Of a stretch of 64,000 nucleotides of DNA, positions 63,701 through 64,000 are shown one piece after another. The notes under the pieces were generated by a model. That model saw only the letters and a program-made list of their open reading frames with translations. It did not search any database and had not been told where the DNA came from. Both the position numbers and the translations under genes were made by a program. The stretch's first letter is position 1; every line of letters starts with the position of its first letter. This stretch comes from Diadema antillarum (taxonomy: Eukaryota), in the NCBI RefSeq assembly GCF_040938485.1, contig NW_027273809.1, forward strand, positions 1 through 64,000, written 5' to 3'.

Positions 63701-63899
63701 GAGTCAACGCATGACGTAGATATCTTCAACGCGCATATCGCGGAGCAGACACAACTGATGGAGACATTCGACTATACCTTCATCCCGCTCGATCAGAATT
63801 ACTTCGGCAAATACTGTCGGTTTAGCGTATCGGCAGAAGGTAGTATTTACGTTATTCTCACTTCGAGGGAAAGCCAGGAGGACGAGAAATACGAAATAG
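29328..63899 (+). CDS. giant multi-exon gene encoding >=11 tandem FAMeT (Methyltransf_FA / CPAMD8-type) like modules with S/T/P-rich linkers; continues beyond the window
   Basis: 26 GT-AG exons (about 5.2 kb, about 1740 codons): 29328-29522, 32774-33040, 33966-34124, 34792-35079, 36969-37130, 42257-42413, 43824-43981, 44713-44901, 45233-45405, 46744-46846, 47299-47460, 47922-48206, 50176-50379, 51669-51836, 52158-52315, 53131-53284, 53817-54014, 54259-54567, 54993-55161, 55620-55935, 56411-56509, 60826-60999, 61322-61636, 62233-62403, 63000-63284, 63693-63899. Phases are compatible except in module 8. The recurrent pattern F-x-V-x-A..A-x-(I/V)-x-LS...YEI / IG..N..(S/T)-x-(I/L)-x-(R/K)-C...L....F(W/F).....(V/L)G(R/K)......D..P..V..VGF.T....G.W matches the FAMeT domain pattern as I recall it. 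Confidence 0.85.
30455..30770. repeat. degenerate internally repetitive element (AACGAACCC-TATTTCATTTTCGGA units)
   Basis: Tandem degenerate units; the same family occurs at about 43040-43130 (reverse) and 43480-43640 (forward). Confidence 0.6.
32170..32310. mobile_element. short PIF/Harbinger-like MITE
   Basis: GGCCCTGTTGCATA ... TATGCAACGGGCC termini flanked by (C)AAG on both sides; central CTGATTGGCTG. Confidence 0.65.
33966..35079 (+). CDS. FAMeT-like module 2 (exons 33966-34124, 34792-35079)
   Basis: FEINFALKWSGTTALQLA...CYYI|VLERVEGG...FYLKFEDQTLKVGEK...YLGYLSFISDAADWYFF; phase 1-1. Confidence 0.8.
35229..35384. mobile_element. short PIF/Harbinger-like MITE
   Basis: GGGGGTGTTTCATCAACGTTTGTCAGCGCTGACAAC ... 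GTTGTCAGCGCTGACAAACGTTGATGAAACACTCCCC, about 35-bp TIRs; central GATTGGCTG. Confidence 0.8.
36969..43981 (+). CDS. FAMeT-like module 3 (exons 36969-37130, 42257-42413, 43824-43981)
   Basis: YELRFSLQAKGQARIMFAS...YNI|GGSLDI...ILSGSTNEPFYIR|YHLEQLSIGREEESPLL...VQYIRFQTEQGEPGRWTF; the LTR element lies in its first intron. Confidence 0.8.
37860..38472 (-). repeat. 3' LTR (613 bp)
   Basis: TGTTAAGGTCAG...CGAAACGCAACA on the minus strand. By eye it is identical to the 5' LTR except for one T in a T-run. AATAAA lies about 70 nt from its end. Confidence 0.95.
38473..38486 (-). other. polypurine tract
   Basis: AAAGGGGGGAGTAG abutting the 3' LTR. Confidence 0.85.
40451..40939 (-). pseudogene. intronless, degenerate cyclophilin B (PPIB)-derived ORF, 162 aa from MKVL, with signal peptide
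   Basis: MKVLTLLLLASVALVYFVTSSD (signal-like), PKPTKNFAALA, GYQGSKFH, MIQGGDFPRGDDTGGK, HGPGWMSMTNAG and WLDGKHIV are collinear with cyclophilin B. Catalytic Arg is replaced by Leu, IKDF is deleted, and the C-terminus is truncated. Confidence 0.9.
41111..41130 (-). other. primer-binding site, tRNA-Leu(AAG/UAG)-like
   Basis: TGGTGAGCAGCGGTGGGATT, 1 nt inside the 5' LTR. It is complementary to the tRNA-Leu 3' end AAUCCCACCGCUGCCACCA with one extra base. Confidence 0.8.
41132..41745 (-). repeat. 5' LTR (614 bp)
   Basis: Direct repeat of 37860-38472, followed on the minus strand by the PBS. Confidence 0.95.
44713..46846 (+). CDS. FAMeT-like module 4 (exons 44713-44901, 45233-45405, 46744-46846)
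   Basis: FELRFDVLTSGNAFLVLS...YTF|IFDQ...FLSTEDYASLYIKKQEKSLIVGRVGEDPILE|VQGIEKPLPRYINFGNLKGETSKWIF. Confidence 0.8.
47299..48206 (+). CDS. FAMeT-like module 5 (exons 47299-47460, 47922-48206)
   Basis: IKLHFTALVHGRTSLLFS...YRF|AFTNS...LSLSDCTNFFLKIVGSDLDFGVDGEETPLF...FVFVGLQQSGDGIDIWTFF. Confidence 0.78.
50176..50379 (+). CDS. Ser/Thr/Pro-rich linker exon of the FAMeT-array gene
   Basis: CCAG|AATAC...TCAG|GTAGG, 204 nt, phase 1-1, open: YPEETTSLPPQILNPASTLSPT...PSPPAESDINPIVDVS. Confidence 0.7.
50613..50995. mobile_element. TTAA-flanked MITE related to 763-1143
   Basis: TTAA|AGGGTGTGTACAGTTCTGGTTGAGGTG ... CACCTCAACCATTACTGTACAGTCCCT|TTAA. Confidence 0.85.
51669..53284 (+). CDS. FAMeT-like module 6 (exons 51669-51836, 52158-52315, 53131-53284)
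   Basis: GQFAVQAEKNAAVALLS...YYEI|LIGAEGNVKTELKKCLDSKC...IQ|IRVGTGG...YEDKNPIHIEYVAVRTYETWGRWTL. Confidence 0.85.
53817..54567 (+). CDS. FAMeT-like module 7 (exons 53817-54014, 54259-54567)
   Basis: RFEFSVKSVKHAVISLS...RYEI|VIGANSNREVIIRRCEARNC...NFFLEVS...VRLGKAG...MGFGTPYSVGRWAI. Confidence 0.88.
54993..55935 (+). pseudogene. FAMeT-like module 8, frameshifted as assembled (exons 54993-55161, 55620-55935)
   Basis: RIEFSVQADCTAEVVFTS...NYTI, then IGKERNQKTVLDKCKSKVC...NFFLELS...VTYVGFRTVKCSGLW. It needs corrections at the 55161 donor (phase 2 instead of 1), about 55704 and about 55787. Confidence 0.75.
56411..56509 (+). CDS. Pro/Thr-rich linker exon of the FAMeT-array gene
   Basis: CTACAG|CCTCA...CCAG|GTAAA, 99 nt, phase 1-1: SPEHPLTTATRQIFTDASVAPSRPPPTLQEDP. 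Confidence 0.65.
56565..57520. mobile_element. Tc1/mariner-type non-autonomous element (TA TSD)
   Basis: TA|CACTCAGCAAAA ... TTTTGCTGAGTG|TA, plus a subterminal inverted block ATATGAAAGGTAATTTAATCGGCTATCAAC / GTTGATAGCCAATTAAATTACCTTTTAATAT. Confidence 0.8.
57690..60581 (-). mobile_element. DINE-1/Helentron-associated (HINE-like) element, interrupted by a LINE
   Basis: Minus strand: 5' subTIR ATGCCTCCGCCA with adjacent partial inverted repeat, (GTCC/GTAC)n microsatellite, central TGACCTTTGACC-type tandem units, 3' subTIR TGGCGGAGGCAT and stem-loop GTCGCCATAGCGAC; T-runs at both flanks. Confidence 0.75.
58528..60080 (+). mobile_element. 5'-truncated I-group (Vingi/Ingi-like) non-LTR retrotransposon: RT plus C-terminal CCHC finger
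   Basis: ORF pieces 58525-59451, 59420-59845 and 59740-60060: YRPISLL, QAGFRPG, FVDLSAAY, GLPQGSVLAP, YADD, YLGVTLD, CLNRLRTG and CNC-x7-H-x3-C. (GAA)n tail; TSD ACCTCTTG(C) at 58520-58528 and 60080-60088; internal deletion at about 59425. The clade assignment is less certain than the LINE call. Confidence 0.9.
60826..61636 (+). CDS. FAMeT-like module 9 (exons 60826-60999, 61322-61636)
   Basis: RFEFLLQAQSDAVVALSS...TYKI|HIGANRNSETHLMRCSSKFYC...IRLGLAG...YEDEEPLSAVMAGFGTIGVVGHWVV. Confidence 0.88.
62233..63284 (+). CDS. FAMeT-like module 10 (exons 62233-62403, 63000-63284)
   Basis: KFSFSVAAQQNALIGLSN...MQI|RLDVGDNRRSLISRNG...TFWVKVDGAIVEVGRDGSDHFM...VRAKYIWFASG...YHW. Confidence 0.88.
63693..63899 (+). 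CDS. first exon of FAMeT-like module 11 (continues beyond the window)
   Basis: CAAG|GTCAC...ATAG|GTGAG, 207 nt, phase 1-1: YCRFSVSAEGSIYVILTSRESQEDEKYEI. Confidence 0.85.
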
Positions 63900-64000
63900 G
63901 TGAGCCATTCACATACCACATGTCACAAGTATAAGGACATTGACATCACATGCAGACAAGAAAGTAATACACTCGTAGTTTCATTAACTTTGTGCTTCTA

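Overview
AT-rich, intron-containing animal genomic DNA. The repeat content suggests an invertebrate deuterostome such as an echinoderm (inference). There is one 211-N assembly gap. Three host genes could be assembled by hand from GT-AG exons: (1) a complete 6-exon VPS25 (ESCRT-II) gene on the minus strand, 3071-13733; (2) a 228-aa uncharacterised minus-strand gene, 19838-21630, with an N-terminal coiled coil, several PKA-type sites and a C-terminal PDZ-type motif; (3) a very large plus-strand gene, about 29.3 kb to beyond 64 kb, with at least 26 exons encoding at least 11 tandem, highly diverged FAMeT/Methyltransf_FA-like modules, one of them frameshifted. The most striking feature is in an intron of gene 3. 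It is a very young 3.9-kb non-autonomous LTR element (37860-41745) with near-identical 613/614-bp LTRs, an ATAT TSD, a tRNA-Leu PBS and a PPT. It has no gag/pol. Instead it carries an intronless, probably catalytically dead cyclophilin B (PPIB)-derived ORF and a duplicated double-hairpin motif with compensatory base changes. Other mobile DNA: a 5'-truncated I-group LINE nested in a DINE-1/Helentron-type element, DIRS and RLE-LINE relics, tRNA-derived SINEs and many MITEs. All calls are by eye, with no database search.
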